From the NCBI RefSeq assembly GCF_000743755.1, contig NW_014569518.1:1-57125 (forward strand): 57,125 nucleotides of DNA, given 5' to 3'. The translations under genes and the position numbers were made by a program. Positions 37,001-51,518 of the stretch are shown here, one piece after another (the stretch's first letter is position 1; each line of letters starts with the position of its first letter). The DNA is from Blastocystis sp. subtype 4 (taxonomy: Eukaryota). The notes beneath the pieces were generated by a model. It saw only the letters and a program-made list of their open reading frames with translations. It was not told where the DNA came from and ran no database searches.

Positions 37001-40000
37001 TAACAGAAGCTAACAAGTCTGCTAGACCTTGAGCAGCACCTGAACGCTCCGCAACTGTACTGTCTTCATAGACCTTTTCAATAAGCCATTCCATCACATC
37101 CTTCATCTCTTCCTCACCAACTTCATGTCCAAGCATACCAATACTGTGAGCAGCCACAGCACGTACATCAGGAAGAGGATCCATCAGACACTTCTTCAGA
37201 GGAGGTAGGAGTTTGGATAGATATGGCATGACATCTGCCTTGTTGGCTAACGAGCAAATGTTACCGACAATCAATGCAGCCTTTTTCTTGGTATCAGTAG
37301 ATCGATCCATCAGACCACGCATGAGAATAGGAATAATCAGAGATAACGAAGGAGCATCTATAGTATGATGGAAGGAGGTTTCTGTGAGTGTCTTAAGTGC
37401 TGAAGAAGTATATCGATGAGGCTCTGTAAGAGCACGGACTAATACATCCTGGAGATCAGCAATCTCAGGAGTTCGAATAACATTACCAATATCCAACAGA
37501 GCAGCTCGAGCAGACTCTTGAATAGCAGTCTGAGCATCATTACAGGACTCAGTAAGAACAGGAACAATACGAGGTAAACATGAAGAAAGAGATTGAGGTG
37601 AGCAATAGGCCATACTGCCTAACATTTGAATAGCTACTTGCTTGGTTCGCCAACGAGGATCCATCAATCCTTCTAATACCTTTGGCATAACAAGTTTGAC
37701 TCCATGAGGTGAGAGATTGCGCATTACAGAACGAGAAGCACCTTTAGCAGCTTCTCTTACACCTTCATCCTTGTATGAGAAGTTCTCCAGAAGTAGAGGA
37801 AGGAAACGGACAACATATGGTTCAAACATGAATGTAAGGGTATCAAAGAGAGCCTCAAGAATTAACATTGCACCTTCACGAGCCATAGCAGAATTACTTT
37901 GAGCAGCCTTCTCAATGAATTCATTGATTCCATATTCCTTGAAGGCCTTACTGCTCATTCCCTTAATAGCTCCAGCCAGACCCAAAGCAGCACCACGACG
38001 CTCTGCATATGTCTCACCTTCTGTAAGTTGATTCAAGAGACGATCCACGTAGGTCTTGGCATTCTTGCGCAGACACTCATACTTGAATAGAGGTGTAAGG
38101 CAACGAGCTACAGCTTCCTGAACTGAAGCAGCAGGAATAGCCAGGGATTTTAAGAGAGTTTCTGTTGTACTGAAGATTCGAGAGTCTCCATCCTCAAGGA
38201 AGCAAGTGACCTTTCCAAGGAGCACAACACATCCTTCACGCATATGATCTTGCTTGATCATCTCTTCTTCAGTTCCAGCATCCTTCTCCATACTCACCAT
38301 TCGCTGATTCAGATACGAGAGGAGTTCATGTTTATTCTGTTCTCCATAACTCTCCATCAAGGCTTCTCCTGTCTTCATTCCTTGAACACGTACACTATCA
38401 GTCTCATGAGCAAAAGCATGAAGGAAGAGAATATCCAAGACATGGGACAATTGATCAGGAGTAAACACCCTACAGAGTGCACATTGCTGTAACATATAGA
38501 ACACCGATACTATTGTTGAAACAAAAGTAGCTCGGTCGTGTGGATCATCCATTGTCTCTACTTCTTCACATTTCTTCTCCACTTGAGTTAGTACATTTGC
38601 AGTACTCTTTGGGAACAACAACAAACCATGAGCAATGGCTGAACTAGCTGCATTCCGAATCTTATCAACAGAATGACCTAGAAGCTGGAACAATGGAATA
38701 TAAAACACAGGAGAAAGAGACAAATTCTTCTCTTCCCATTGTTGTTGAGCCTCTTCAGCAATATCTTCATCATCATCGTACTGAAGCATGAACAGACGAG
38801 TCTACAATCAGTATTACTCAATGGACCCTACCACATATAAAGGATTTACGCGAGATGAATCCAGTGATGCCAGATTCAAGAGACTGTTCAAACGAACATC
38901 CTCAGATGATGAAAGCATACCTCGGTCACCAATGAGTAAAAGAACTTCTCTTGGCTGAAGACTTGGAGCAGAGTCACAATAGCTCATTAAAACACTCTCA
39001 GGCGAAGGATCCAAACGAGGAGCAATGCGAAGGAGTTCGAGCAGAATCTCACATACTTCACAACGACAATGTAACAACGTAGCTTCTTTCAATGTATCAT
39101 CCCTGTTAGCAAATGCCTGCAACACACCAACCACATCAGCATGACACGAAGTAGCTTCCTTTGAGAATGTTGCAGTGCGGAGTACTGGGATGAAGAGAGG
39201 CAGATAGCAACTAGGTAGAGGAGAAGCCAAAGCCATAGAAAGAACTGGCTTGATCACTTTCAAGAGAGAGAAAGAATCTATAGATCAGACTGATTGTGAA
39301 TCCTTACAGAACTGCTGGAAGAAGACATAATGAAGACTATTTTGGAGAGCAGCACGAAGAGAAGGATTTGAGATCACTGAAGCACAGTCTCCAAAAACAT
39401 CTCTGGCCATCACACACAGAACAGGATTCGTTAACATGTTGTTTATCCACATAACACATTCCATCAAATATTCCTCAAAGTCTTCACCTCCTCCACGGAT
39501 CAATGCCTGGATTGTGAGAAGGACACGACGATAAGGACGAGCAATCATATCAATCTGAGCACGTACCACAGCTTGTTCTTCCAGTGCGTTCTTACGAGCT
39601 TCAATCGCTTTCTCAGCCTCCTCTTTGGCAATTTTATCCTTGTTGATTTCAGCATTCAACTCCTGAGCCCAGTTATCGTCATTCTTACCAAAAGGATTAC
39701 TTCCTTTCTTCGCCCGTGTCTTGCGTGTCTGAGACGCAGTAATCTCAGGCACATAACCACTCTCTTCCTGATGAGGTTTCCATTCCACATTCTCTGGAGT
39801 TCTCCAGATTGAAAGATCACGAGAAGAGATGGAACTGATCTTAGTTGATGATGCATCAGATGCCAACTCATCATGAAGAGCAATATAGAGAGGCTTCAGA
39901 ACCGCTGGAATGGAAGCTAGATTCTCAAGCATGCGCAATGTAGCTGTTGCAAGAATAATCGAAGAGGAAGTTGGTGAGAGTATCTCAGAATGATAAATTG

Positions 40001-42145
40001 TGAGGATAGCTTGAATAGTCTCATCAGATACCGTTAATTCCTTCAACGAACGATACATCGATCCAATGATAGCATGCCATGGAGCATGATGATTGTGACC
40101 CACACACAGGAAGGGATGACTTGAACACCAGGCAAATAATCCAAGATCCTCCCATTGAACAGCACCATGAACAAGCGTTTGTAACACAGCAAGAAGAGGT
40201 TCGTGAGGGAGTGGATATTCATCATTATAGAACTGTTGAGAAGAAGCATCAACGAGATATTGCTGGAAAGCAGTCAGAAGAGTCTGAAGTTGAAAACGAG
40301 TAGAAGCCAGAGAGGAGAGAAGTGTCAGAGCCTGACTACGTATGCTAGGAGAATCAGTCATCTAAATAATTATCGAATCCTCTCATGTCTACAATTTGTG
40401 AATAGAACAGCTTCAATAAGGACAACTGTTGATCAGACTCAAGACAATGAGTTGTGAGAAGGAGTTCAACAATGGAACAGAGAGCTTCATTACACCATGA
40501 TACCAGTAACTCATCTTCTCGATTAGCACTTGCATACATACTAGGCTGGTACAAATAGCTTCCTTCTTTCAATGAATCTTTGACAGATGATGAGATTGGC
40601 TCATTCAACAGAATGGCCAACCGAATGAGTGAAGGAAGGGCCAATACACCTTCTCGACCACAGATAAATGGTTTGGCTATGGCTCGAGCAACAGCTTCTT
40701 CCAATCCCTTTTTCAGAGGCTCAGGTTTAGGGATAGTTGTTGCCACGCGTAGAACTGCAGAGAGACAATATAGCGATGGGAGGAGAGTAGTACTGGTGGC
40801 TTGTAATGAACCAGAGAGAGATACAAGCAAATCCTCAGAATACGTCTCAGAGAGCAATACAGCATGGGATATACAATCCAACAGACATCCCTTAGCAGCA
40901 GGATTACTCTCTTTCTTCAGCACTGCAAACAATAGCTCTCCAATTTTGACAGTAGATGCATGATACGAAGCTTTTCCCATTACTCGTTCATTCATTCCCT
41001 GTATAACAGCCTGTAGTCCTAAGTAGACTTGCTTCTTAAGAACAGGAGTCAAACGAGCAGCATCCATTTCATGAAGTAATGAGTTCATAAACGATGTAAT
41101 GGCCTCTCCATCACTACAATGATTCAATAACCGATTCAGAAGAGAATGAACACTCTTGCTTGCTTCGGGTGTGTTCTGTTTGAAGAAATACATACACGAA
41201 TCAACCAGATATGGAAGATAACGAGAACCATCCACAGCCAACATGGTAACCACTTCAACCATACAAGGAACGGCCATTTCTGGATTACGTTTAACTCCAC
41301 GTGATAGTGAGGGGAACAGATCTTTTGACAACAGTTCATGAGTGGATTGACTAGCAAGAACACCTCCAGCCTTAATAACACTCTGTGAGGGTGTCTTACG
41401 AGCGCTTGAAAGAACAGAGAGGTAGCTAGAAATGAGAAGAAAAGAAGGAGACCACCTTTTGATAAGAGATGAAAGGCAAGCTGATTTGCTTTCAGTGGAT
41501 TCAATGTACTCACAAAGCTTACTACCAATAAGTAACAGTGTCTCCTTGTTGGCACAACACATATCAATCACCTTCACAAGAAGCTCATCCTTCGTTGTAT
41601 CAGAAGTGGAAATGAAGTAATGAATACAACAGACACCCAATCTAGGATCCTTCTCAGCAATTTCCTCCATAAGTTTAGTCTATAGCAATCAGAAACACAA
41701 AAATGTAAAGTACCTTTGTTTCTAAGACAGACTCAGCGAGATCAGGTTGAGGTGATGAAAACATGATGCAACACATACGAAATAGTCTGTAGACCCTAGA
41801 AATAACAATAGAACATAGAACCAACCATTTCACTGACGCATTCTTGTAACTCGTCGATAACAGCTTCAAGAACGGTCTCGATACCGAATCAAAGAAATTA
41901 GTGTATGCAAGGAGCGAGAAATACTCCTCCAGAAGAGAAGACTCTTCCTTGGAAGCAAATCTCCAAGTATTCATAAACGCAGTCAAAATAGTCTTCGAAT
42001 GATTTTTATCGATTTCTACCGATGACTCCGATATCAACGATGCCAAAGTCTATACCTCGCACCTTCTTCCAGCTCCTACTTTCAATTTTGATAAAAACTC
42101 CCGCAAGTCAATATCGCTATCAATTGAATTGAGGCAATCCTCCAT
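34014..42145 (-). CDS. GCN1: GCN1 (ribosome-associated GCN2 activator, HEAT repeats)
   Basis: ERRGAALGLAG, FEPYVVRFLP, LSPHGVKLVMP, WRTKQVAIQMLGSMAYCSPQ, IDAPSLSLIIP, ERSGAAQGL, WRIRQSSIQLMGELL, VTGPLIRIVGD and LRPFLPQLQTTF. Confidence 0.95.
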
Positions 42146-42361
42146 TATTCTGAGCTTCCTACAAAACTTACCATCATTTTCTGGGAAATTTCCTTGAGAG
42201 AAGAAAAGAGATTATCTCTGAAACTCATTCTATATGAGACATATATACATATATCTCATAAAAGTAACATTGTTCAAGAAACTAGTGAGGACGAGATGGA
42301 AGTAGCGGGGATTCGATGACTCTGGCACCGACTATTCTCATGTTCTTTTTGTCAACAAATA

Positions 42362-43947
42362 ATGAAGAAACTAGTCTCATCTCTCATTCTATTTGCATGC
42401 CTGGGATTTTTAATTGCGTTTTCGTTTCATCGAGTTTCTATTCCCGTTTCTGTATGTTGATATGAAATGACTGAGATGGATAGGTACTAAAAGCTATGAA
42501 GAGTAATTTAGGAAATAAGTTGGATGGAGATATCACTTATCCTACTGATGTCCAGAATCAAATGAGAGAGCAAATTGAACAAGCAGTGAAACGATCGAAC
42601 GAAAGTTTATCCTATTCCAGTTATATGAACTTTCGTAAGTTGATTGATGTTGAAGAACCGAAACATATAGTTCGTATTGAGGAATTGGCCAAGAGAGTTC
42701 AGGAAAACGGACGTGTTTTGGCGACCTTTACGAATTACCCATATTTGGATCAGTTCTATGTATCTTATATGACAAGCCGGTTGTGGAAGTATCCAAACTT
42801 TATGGTGGTAGCTCTAGATAAAAAAGCATATGACGTTTTAAGTATCCAAGGCTTCCCTGTTGCATTAATCAAAACTGCTCATCTCGAGCAGTATGATATA
42901 GTGAATACAAGCAATTATGGAGACCACAGTTTCAATGTGATCATGAAATTGAAACTGGTGATTATCCATAAGATTCTCTCTCTTGGAATATCCTGTTTAA
43001 TGTTTGATTCCGATGTAGTTATTTTCAAAGATCCTTTTAGTGGTTTTCCAAAGGGACAATTCGACTTTGTAGCTCAAATGGACGAACATATCTGCGCTGG
43101 ATTTATCTTCTTCAGGCCGACGGAGATGAGTTTCAGGTTGATTGAGAATGCCATTGATCGAATGAAGGGACGTGAGATCAACGATCAGGACGCGATTCAA
43201 GAGATCGTGGGAGCTAATTTGTTGCCTGGTCTTCGATGGCACTTCCTTCCCATGAATACCTATAGTAAGGGTTCTATCTACTTCAATGAACACCAATTCC
43301 CATGGTCGTTGCCTTGTAGGTATTAGTGATGTATGTGATGAATAGCCCCGAATCAAGTGATGGCTCACAATAATTATGTAATCAGTCATGTGAATAAGGT
43401 ATATCGGTTGAAGGAATCAGGTTTATATGGTTTTGATGTAAATCATGAATACTCGGATCCAGATGCTCGTTATATCACATTGGAGAATAACAAACGACAT
43501 GAAAGTGTTGAAAATTCGTTGGTTACTCTTATCAATATTGCCAATGCCCTTGATCGTCATATGGTGGTTCCTGAAATGCCTTGTTCGGGCACGCTAACTC
43601 CTCCATGTAATCTATGTGGTTATCAACCCTTACAATGTATGAGTAGTTACATGGCCAAGGCGAAACTCCAATGGAAGGAACATGTGTTTTTCAATAATCC
43701 ATTTGTTCCTGATGATGTGAAATTGAGTTATTTGACTACTCCGATTGCATTCTTCGTCCATTCAGAGGATGAATGTACGAAGTACTTACAAGATAGTAAA
43801 GTTTCTGCACGTTGTGTGTTCTATGATTCTGGTGACATGGATATTAGTAAATTGAGAAGTTTATTCTCTCCATATGACAATGAAAAAGTTATCCGTATTC
43901 ATGAAATACCAGTAGACTTGTACGTTTCATTTGTTTATTACGAGTAA
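42362..43947 (+). CDS. Nucleotide-diphospho-sugar transferase (GT77-like), type II membrane protein
   Basis: N-terminal TM segment; VVALD, FDSDVVIFKDPF (DxD), ICAGFIFFRPT, NDQD and AHNNY. Confidence 0.85.
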
Positions 43948-43967
43948 TATGGATTAAAAGTAAAAAA

Positions 43968-44039
43968 GGGCCCAGCGGGGAATCGAACTCCGGACCTCTC
44001 GCACCCAAAGCGAGAATCATACCACTAGACCACAAGGCC
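43968..44039 (-). tRNA. tRNA-Pro(TGG), copy 1
   Basis: GGCCTTGTGGTCTAGTGGTATGATTCTCGCTTTGGGTGCGAGAGGTCCGGAGTTCGATTCCCCGCTGGGCCC, 72 nt, followed by a T-run Pol III terminator. Confidence 0.95.
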
Positions 44040-44169
44040 ACATTTTAATTCTCTTTAACAATATATATAAGCACACTTAAGAAGCATTTAGGAATCATCA
44101 ATTTCACCACCATTAATTACGATTCGACAACAACTACACCCTACAGCAATCTGATAAAAGCAAAAAAAA

Positions 44170-44241
44170 GGGCCCAGCGGGGAATCGAACTCCGGACCTC
44201 TCGCACCCAAAGCGAGAATCATACCACTAGACCACAAGGCC
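44170..44241 (-). tRNA. tRNA-Pro(TGG), copy 2 (identical)
   Basis: Same 72-nt sequence at a 202-bp period, followed by a T8 terminator. Confidence 0.95.
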
Positions 44242-44325
44242 ACACTTCGATTTCCTAATCTATCTATTTAAGACTTTAGCTTCGTTTACTATCAATGGTA
44301 TATCATACAGATTGAGTAGCAACCC

Positions 44326-45015
44326 ATGAAGAGACAACGATTCAGTGACCATGTTGAATTATGTACATCACATGATCACCATGTAAACAGTCATATACCA
44401 GATAATCATGGGTCAGTAAGCCGAGGAGGAGGTAAGCGTAAGGGTACCGGGGATTGGTCGAATGAGGAGATTCGAAGACTGATCATATGCATAATTAATA
44501 ACCGAAGTATTCTATTTAGCAAGTCAGCGAATTCTCCGAATGACCTATCTGCTGAGAAGATTTCGAAAGAGGTAAGCATTCGGTTGTTCACTTATGAATA
44601 GACTCTGTGGGGGACAATTGCTGCTGATGTGACAGATGTTAGGCATGTCCATCGAAGTCCCAAAGCTTGCCGAACAAAGTTTAAATTACTTGAAGATCAA
44701 TATAAAAGAGGTAATCATTGCAGAGTGAGTAGTATACAGAAATTTTGGTATGCAGCAAAATGAGGCGACTATCTATCTGGCCATTTTTCCCACTAATGTG
44801 TATATTGTACCCATCAGTATCATTCAACACTAGAACGGTTTGCGTATCTTTTAACCTTGATCGGATAGTCCGTCAATGTGAATGAGTTGATTCCCATTAT
44901 ATCACGTGACCCGTATAATAGTTCATCTGATCAAGATACTGGACAGATCCACACTACACACAATGGATCAACAAATTGCCATCCATTCTTCAAAGAAACT
45001 GGTGGTTCCATATAA
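44326..45015 (+). CDS. Myb/SANT-like (trihelix-type) DNA-binding protein; 3' end uncertain
   Basis: GDWSNEEIRRLI...LWGTIAADV...RSPKACRTKFKLLEDQYKR. Confidence 0.65.
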
Positions 45016-45431
45016 CAGTACCTTGGGTGGGTCTGACAAAGTGACTGCAAAACTTCTCCCTTCTCCTTCGTTGCTTACGAGAATTATGATGTGTTGTTCT
45101 CGTGAAATCGAGTCAAAAGGTATAAATCAAGAAATAATAGATATGACCGTAATTCGTGAGACAAATGACTCAGTTAATAACTGAAGCGGAAACCTTGTAT
45201 TCTACACTTAATCCCCAACAAAATGACCTTCAGACCTTTATTCAAGCTGTTCTTCGCCAACAAAGAAGACTCCAAGAAATGTTACCATTTGAGTATCTGC
45301 CCTGATTACGTCGATATAGGGATGGTATGAATATTATGATATCTGTTTGATGACTGTGAGTCCCAATCGTGAATTTCCATAGGTGATTTCTAACATAATC
45401 ATCATCTCATCTTTGTTTCTTCACAAACATA

Positions 45432-46763
45432 TTACTTAAGCAACTCCATTCTCCTTGTTTTGATTGTCTTTTCCACCAAGTCCCAGAATTGTACTCGAGC
45501 CACTGCATCCATGTTTCGTACATCACGATTAATCTATATCATACTTCCTTGTTACCCCCTACACACACTTCATGGACATTCCATCCCTTCACCACTACCG
45601 GCACAGGCATTTCATTAAACCACATGAACACTCCCAGTACTACAAATCACCGAACTCTACAGTTACAACTCTTACTAAACAATACTGCTGGATCTGTGAT
45701 ACGCCAACCACGAAACTGCCATGGCTGAGTCCCAGCAATAATACAAACAATCCGATCCCATTCTCCTGCAGACAGTTTCGATGGGTTATCAATAAAACGG
45801 AAACGCATGGGTCGACCATTGATTTCACGTATCAACACAACCTCTTGAGGCTTTAGAGGAGACTTCTAGCTTTCATACGTCTCTTATTTACATACTCTGC
45901 GCATCACATCACTGGAAATATACTCTCCTTTCTCCATGAATTGTTCCACATTGAACATGGTAATCACATTATTTCCTGCAGATGGGGCTACAACAATGAT
46001 CGCTTCCATACTGTAATTTGATGGGCCATTAGCAGTCTGAGTTAGGAAACCCTCTTCAGGATTAATGGTGATTGAACTCACATCTACTTTCAATCTCTGA
46101 AACGACCCCTACTCATTCGACTACTCCACCCTTCTTCGGTTCGACTATCAGTTTTTTCATCACGACGAATCAGATCGATCTACATCATCAGATTCTTCTT
46201 TCACGTACAGCTCCTAGAAAAGACGATTTACCATTCAGAGCAATAATTTTAGATCGAGTTTCATACACCTTCTCATTTCCAAGGACAGCTCGTAGACGTT
46301 TGTAACTCTGAATATTTACTGTCTTAGTCGTTGTTTTATCACCAATTACTTGTTCAACAGTGGCACTGGAAGCAGAGGCATCAATGATTGGTTTTACATA
46401 ACGGAATGGAACTGTAAGATCAAAATACTCACACTTGGATGATTTGCCATTCAGAAAGGAAAGTAATGCTTCCTTCTGGGGAAAACTCACAGCATCCACA
46501 TTATTATCAATACACTGCAATGCATAGCTTGCTTGGTCCGTGCTTGGGTTCTTTGAAAACACGTTCCAGAAAAAGCAAAGACTATCAAGTGTATAAAACG
46601 CCTTTTCTTTTTCCAGATTCTTTGTATCTGTAACACCAAATTTCTTCATGCATGTAAATGTCTTGTCGGGGAACACATGACTACCAATGTGCACACATCC
46701 ATCTTTCCTTTCAATCACCCTCTTCTTTGCTATCCCAGACTTGAGAGTCTCCAAAGGATCCAT
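45432..46763 (-). CDS. CDC73: PAF1 complex subunit Cdc73/parafibromin
   Basis: MDPLETLK N-terminus, YTLDSLCFF, IIVVAPSA..ITMFNVEQFMEKGEY and IDNPSKLSAGEWDRIVCII...WQFRGW. Confidence 0.88.
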
Positions 46764-46848
46764 GGTGACCAACAGAATCTGATATAATAAGAAAATAACT
46801 CTTGAATTTACGCATATGCAAATTGATAGGGATTGTTCCTTTCTTGTG

Positions 46849-48118
46849 ATGCTCCGTTGTTCACCAGCTTTGCTGCATTCGCTTGATCTGCTAAAGTTTC
46901 ATTCAACTGTGTATCGTGGGTTAGCCTACAAGTTGATCTCTTCGTGATTTCTTATATATAGGCTCTATTCCGATGATGCTTCTTATAACGATGAAATTGA
47001 TAGTAACTATAGGAAAAATTCTGATGAATAGGTATGGTTGAATTTCAGCGTTCTCTGAAAAAGCGTGTAATGCTGTTTTGCAATATCTAATTCGATAGAA
47101 GAGTTTGGATACAAAAGTACTGACAATTGGCATCTGCGGTGCTCCTAATTCGGGAAAGAGCACACTGATGAACAGAATTATTGGGAGGAAACTCTCTGCA
47201 GTTAGTCATAAGGTGAACACAACGCGAACCTCCATTCTTGGTATTAAGAACATGGATAAGACGCAACTTGTGTTCTACGACACTCCTGGAATCTTACAGA
47301 AAAGATATTCTTTGTTGCTATAAGTGATCCATAGTGGAAGCAGTCGTGAAGAGAAGGAGCTAACAGGCGTTGCTCGAGGTGTATTAGATAAAACGAACTT
47401 GTATTTGACCGTTTTGTGATTCTTGATCCTGTGATGTGTAGTTGATTGATGCTTCTATTCCGTTGACTTATTTAAGTCGGGAGGTGATCCATACTTCTGT
47501 TGCACTGTCCAGTGTTCACAATGCGTCTGTACTCGTTGTACTCAACAAAGTCGATTTAGTCAAATCAAAAACACTTCTCCAAGAACGGAAAGAAGGAGTG
47601 TTGAACGAAATTCCCTCTGAAATGCAAACTTCTGTATGTGTAATGCTGGTTGTCCTATCTAGACAAATGTGCTCGAAATCTCTGCTTTAACAGGACAAGG
47701 AGTCTCATCACTCACAGATATATTGTTTGACTTCGCCAAACCTGGATCTTGGCTGTATTCTCCTGGAGTTGTAACAGATCGCAGCCCAGAAGAGCAGGCA
47801 TGTGAAGTTACTCGTGAAAAAGTATTTCATTATCTGAACCAGGTATGAATTGCCTTTCTTCTCAATAAGAAGGAAATCCCTTACGAAATGATATTCGAAC
47901 ATCTAGGATGGAGTAAGGAGAACAATAGGCTAATATTGCATCAGCGCTTGCTAGTAATCGTATATATGTGACATACTGAGTAGGTTCAGTCAGTATCCAA
48001 ACAGCGTATTGTGAACAAACTAAAAAGACGTATAGAAGCTGCAGCAACCTCTGATTTACAGGAACTCTTCCAGAGGCCCTTGTCGTTAGATCTTAGTGTG
48101 GTTGTAGAAAAGAAATAA
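46849..48118 (+). CDS. Era-like GTPase (mitochondrial ERAL1 type)
   Basis: G1 GAPNSGKSTLMN, G2 TTR, G3 DTPG, G4 NKVD; EVTREKVFHYLNQ and KH-like IGRFSSIQ region; presequence-like start. Confidence 0.88.
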
Positions 48119-48148
48119 TCACTTTATGAAAACTGTTTGTTTAGTTTG

Positions 48149-49759
48149 TCATAAATCTCTATCCAATTGTAGACTGAAGAGAGTTCCACTTGGATCTCAT
48201 CTCGATCCTTTTCATCAATCCTTCATTCCATTCCTACTAATAGTTTGTATTCAACACTTGGTTTAATATCTGATGACAGTAACCTTTGTATCCCAGAGCT
48301 ATCTTGCTCCACCTGAATTATTAAGCATCCATCATACCATATCCGTTTTGATTTCTCACCTACTTTATGAACTGAAAATAATTCACGTACGCATGTCATG
48401 AAGAATACGATATACCTCATATCGTTGATACGATTGTGGAGTCAGTCGTACTGAAACCTCTATAATGAGTACACTTAACAATCAATTACCAATTGTTTGT
48501 GTAGCTGCATTCTCCTTAACGGAGCGATAGTATCGAAATTGATTATGATCTCGAACATAGGGCATGAATGAATTGTACTGGTGACATTTAGATAACGATA
48601 ATAAGAAGGATTTCCTACAGTTCATTTCACGTCACTCATCTACTGAGTGTCTGTCAGTTGGGTGTTCACAGAACGTAGAAAGGATTCATATTCTGTCTTA
48701 TACTGTTCGCTGCGATCACAATACTAATCCTCATTTCTGAACATGATACTCACATCAAGATAATCATAATACGTTTCTCTTAGTGGTTGAAGCCTCCAAA
48801 ACTTCATCTCTTCCATCAAGGAATCAGCAAGAGGCTTATTATCAAGAGCCAGATACGAGCCTATTACAGCTGCATATATACGAGAGTGCTGCAGAATCTT
48901 GAAAGGTCGTTGTCGTTCATAATATGCCTTTTCATCCATTTGAGGGAAGTGTTCCCAACCTAGTTGCTTACAGACTGCAGAATAGCAGTGAATACACTCC
49001 TTGTAGTTTTTAGTTTCATACAAACTGAATAAGAATTCAGGAAGCATAATACCAAATCGGCTATTCGAGGGATCACAGGCCAAAAAGTATTGCATTCCTT
49101 TGTCATATCCTTGGACACAGACGAGTGAGTGAACAAATACTCCTGATAATTCACCTCCCGGAGACACTAAAGAAGGAAGAATCTTCGATGACACTAACTG
49201 AAAGAAAACTGAGTCATTTGTAGCCATTGCTAGACGTAATAACGTTTTTCCTAGACCAGAACGAATCGGTTCCTTTACTGATTCCAAGTATTTTGTTGAA
49301 AATCGTTGAGCCAGAGAATTAAACCGACTGCTTGCCAAACGTTTTACGATGGTATTGCATTCCTAGTTTTCATTTGATTTACATAGGAGTACAGATTCCG
49401 AAATGGGACACCATTCCTGCAACAATCGTTCTCCTGCTTTACATACTTCCATGCGATTGGAGTTCTGGCTGGAAAATACGGAAACTAACTCTCTTCCATC
49501 CATATCTTGGATCAACTTATTCATACCAGGTCGTTTCGACAGAAACCTAAGTATCACTCTCTTAGCATTATCTAAACCTTTTAAAAATGATATTGCCCAC
49601 ATTCTTCTTTTGTGGTTCAACGTCTAACATATTTATTCGAGATACTATCCTTCCAGCGCTATTTCCATATTTTTGTTCAAACTGACAGCCAATTACACTC
49701 CAGATAATCTGTTTAGGCACCTTTCTGTACGCAAACATATTATGGAGTGATGATTTCAT
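48149..49759 (-). CDS. Pentatricopeptide-repeat-like protein, probably organellar
   Basis: PPR-like IYAAVIGSYLALDNKPLADSLMEEMKFWRLQPLRETY; several minus-strand ORFs linked by short introns. Confidence 0.55.
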
Positions 49760-49967
49760 CCTTGCTCCTATAATGAATATCCATATCTTAGGGGTTTTCA
49801 AAGTGTCATTTTAGATTTATGAGAGGAATACGAGGGACCGAAGACCGAAGATCCGTGTTATCCATAATAATCATTAAACTACTAGCCGTGCCGTGCTCCC
49901 TTCCCTCAATTCCACACTTCCCCATTTCACTTCCAACCATTTTAATCTTCACTATTCTTTTACGAAA

Positions 49968-50518
49968 ATGCAAAAGGAGCTTGAGTTTGGTATTTACTTC
50001 TTTGCTGATGTGTTATTCTAGAGGCTGGCTCTTCTAAGAAGTTGTATTACTATCACTGTAAACACCCTGGTTGTGGTTATAAAACCACTCGTTCGGGTCA
50101 TATGAAGAGACATGAGCGTACTCATACAAAGGAGAAGCCATACAAGTGCACTATGTGTTCATATACGGCCTCTCGTTCAGATCATTTGAGACGTCATCTG
50201 AAAATTCATTACAAGAATATTTGCGCTACAAACTCCTCGTTTCATTCTGAATCTACAAGGACGCTTTCTGATACTTCGGCATCAACCTCTCCTGTTATGA
50301 GTCCTTCTCCTGTATTGTCTGCATCATCTTCTCCTTCTCTCACCCCTCTTGCGCCTTCCTCTGCTGCAGTTCCCTATTCGTATTTAGGAACAAATGCATA
50401 TGATGATGGAGGTGAGTGCTATTGGAGTAGTTTCACGGGTAGTTGTGATCTTCCTGAGATTCCTACATCAGTGTTATCAGAATCAGAGGCTCTAGGTTTC
50501 CCTCTTTGCGCATTTTAG
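49968..50518 (+). CDS. C2H2 zinc-finger transcription factor (two fingers)
   Basis: CKHPGC...HMKRHERTH-TKEKPY-KCTMC...HLRRHLKIH; Ser-rich tail; short first exon. Confidence 0.9.
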
Positions 50519-50659
50519 AGTCCTGATTGCCAATTTGTTCTTGATGTGTATTGTTTGTCCTATGGACTGTGAATCTCTATGTTTTGTATTGTTATATCAA
50601 GTATAACAAGTGTTAGTCTTTGTTTGTTGGTAGTTGTCATTCATACACTTTTCGAGTTT

Positions 50660-51518
50660 ATGGTATTGCTGCATTTTGTAGTAATTATATGTTTAGAGTA
50701 ACTACGGTCAGGCATTTCAAGATGATTGGATGAGCGTTGATGCGTATTTGTTGATGTCGATTCTTTCACCGTATAGCGCTCCAGAACCGTTCCAACCAAC
50801 TGTACAACAAAACTACTATTATGATAATGATTTTGGATTTGGAAATATGCAAACCATGAACGAAGAGAACTATGACAATGAACCTCCTCTTCTTGAAGGT
50901 ATATTCTTTACCATAAACTCAAATATTAGAGCTGGGAATTGATTTCAGTCACATATTCAACAAGATTCTCGTAGTCATTAATCCACAAAAGAGAATCGAT
51001 TCAGTCCTTGTAAACGATGCTGATCTGACTGGACCTATTCTGTTCTGCTTCATTCTTTCTGTTTTCTTGCTTCTGGTGATGCATGTGACTACGACTTGAT
51101 CTGTAGAAGGGACGAATCCAGTTCGGGTATACCTTTGGATTCTTCTTTGCGGGATGCTTCTTAATGTAGTACCTCTTGGTTCATTATTCTTTAGATATAT
51201 TCTTCTTAATCTCCTGAACGAGAATCCGTCCACAAAGATTTCCATGACATTGGTAACCAGTATCCTTGGATATTCCATAATCCCACTTGTGTTCTTGGCA
51301 TTATATTCTGTCTTTTTCAATACAAAGTTGTTATTTCTATGTTCTTTGATCTTAGAAACACCTTTGGACTGATTTTGGGAGTTTTGAGTATCATTTGGTC
51401 ATCATTTTCTGCCTCACGTTTTATTGAACTGCTCTTAGGTAGCAAAGATCAGCGTTACATCATCATGTATCCTCTTCTCCTCTTATATGCTACCTTTGCG
51501 ATGATTACATCTTTCTAA
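50660..51518 (+). CDS. Yip1-family ER/Golgi membrane protein (YIPF5-like)
   Basis: NEPPLLE|ELGIDF, DADLTGPILF, SILGYSIIPLV, WSSFSAS and YPLLLLYATFAMI. Confidence 0.9.

Noticed and set aside
43915..43947. Possible poly(A)-made stop in GT77 (TA before CATTTGTT)
   Set aside because: The motif is degenerate, the spacing is not 5 nt, and an encoded TAA follows within a few codons.
43961..44245. 72-bp direct repeat as a CRISPR array or mobile-element LTR
   Set aside because: Both units are complete tRNA-Pro genes.
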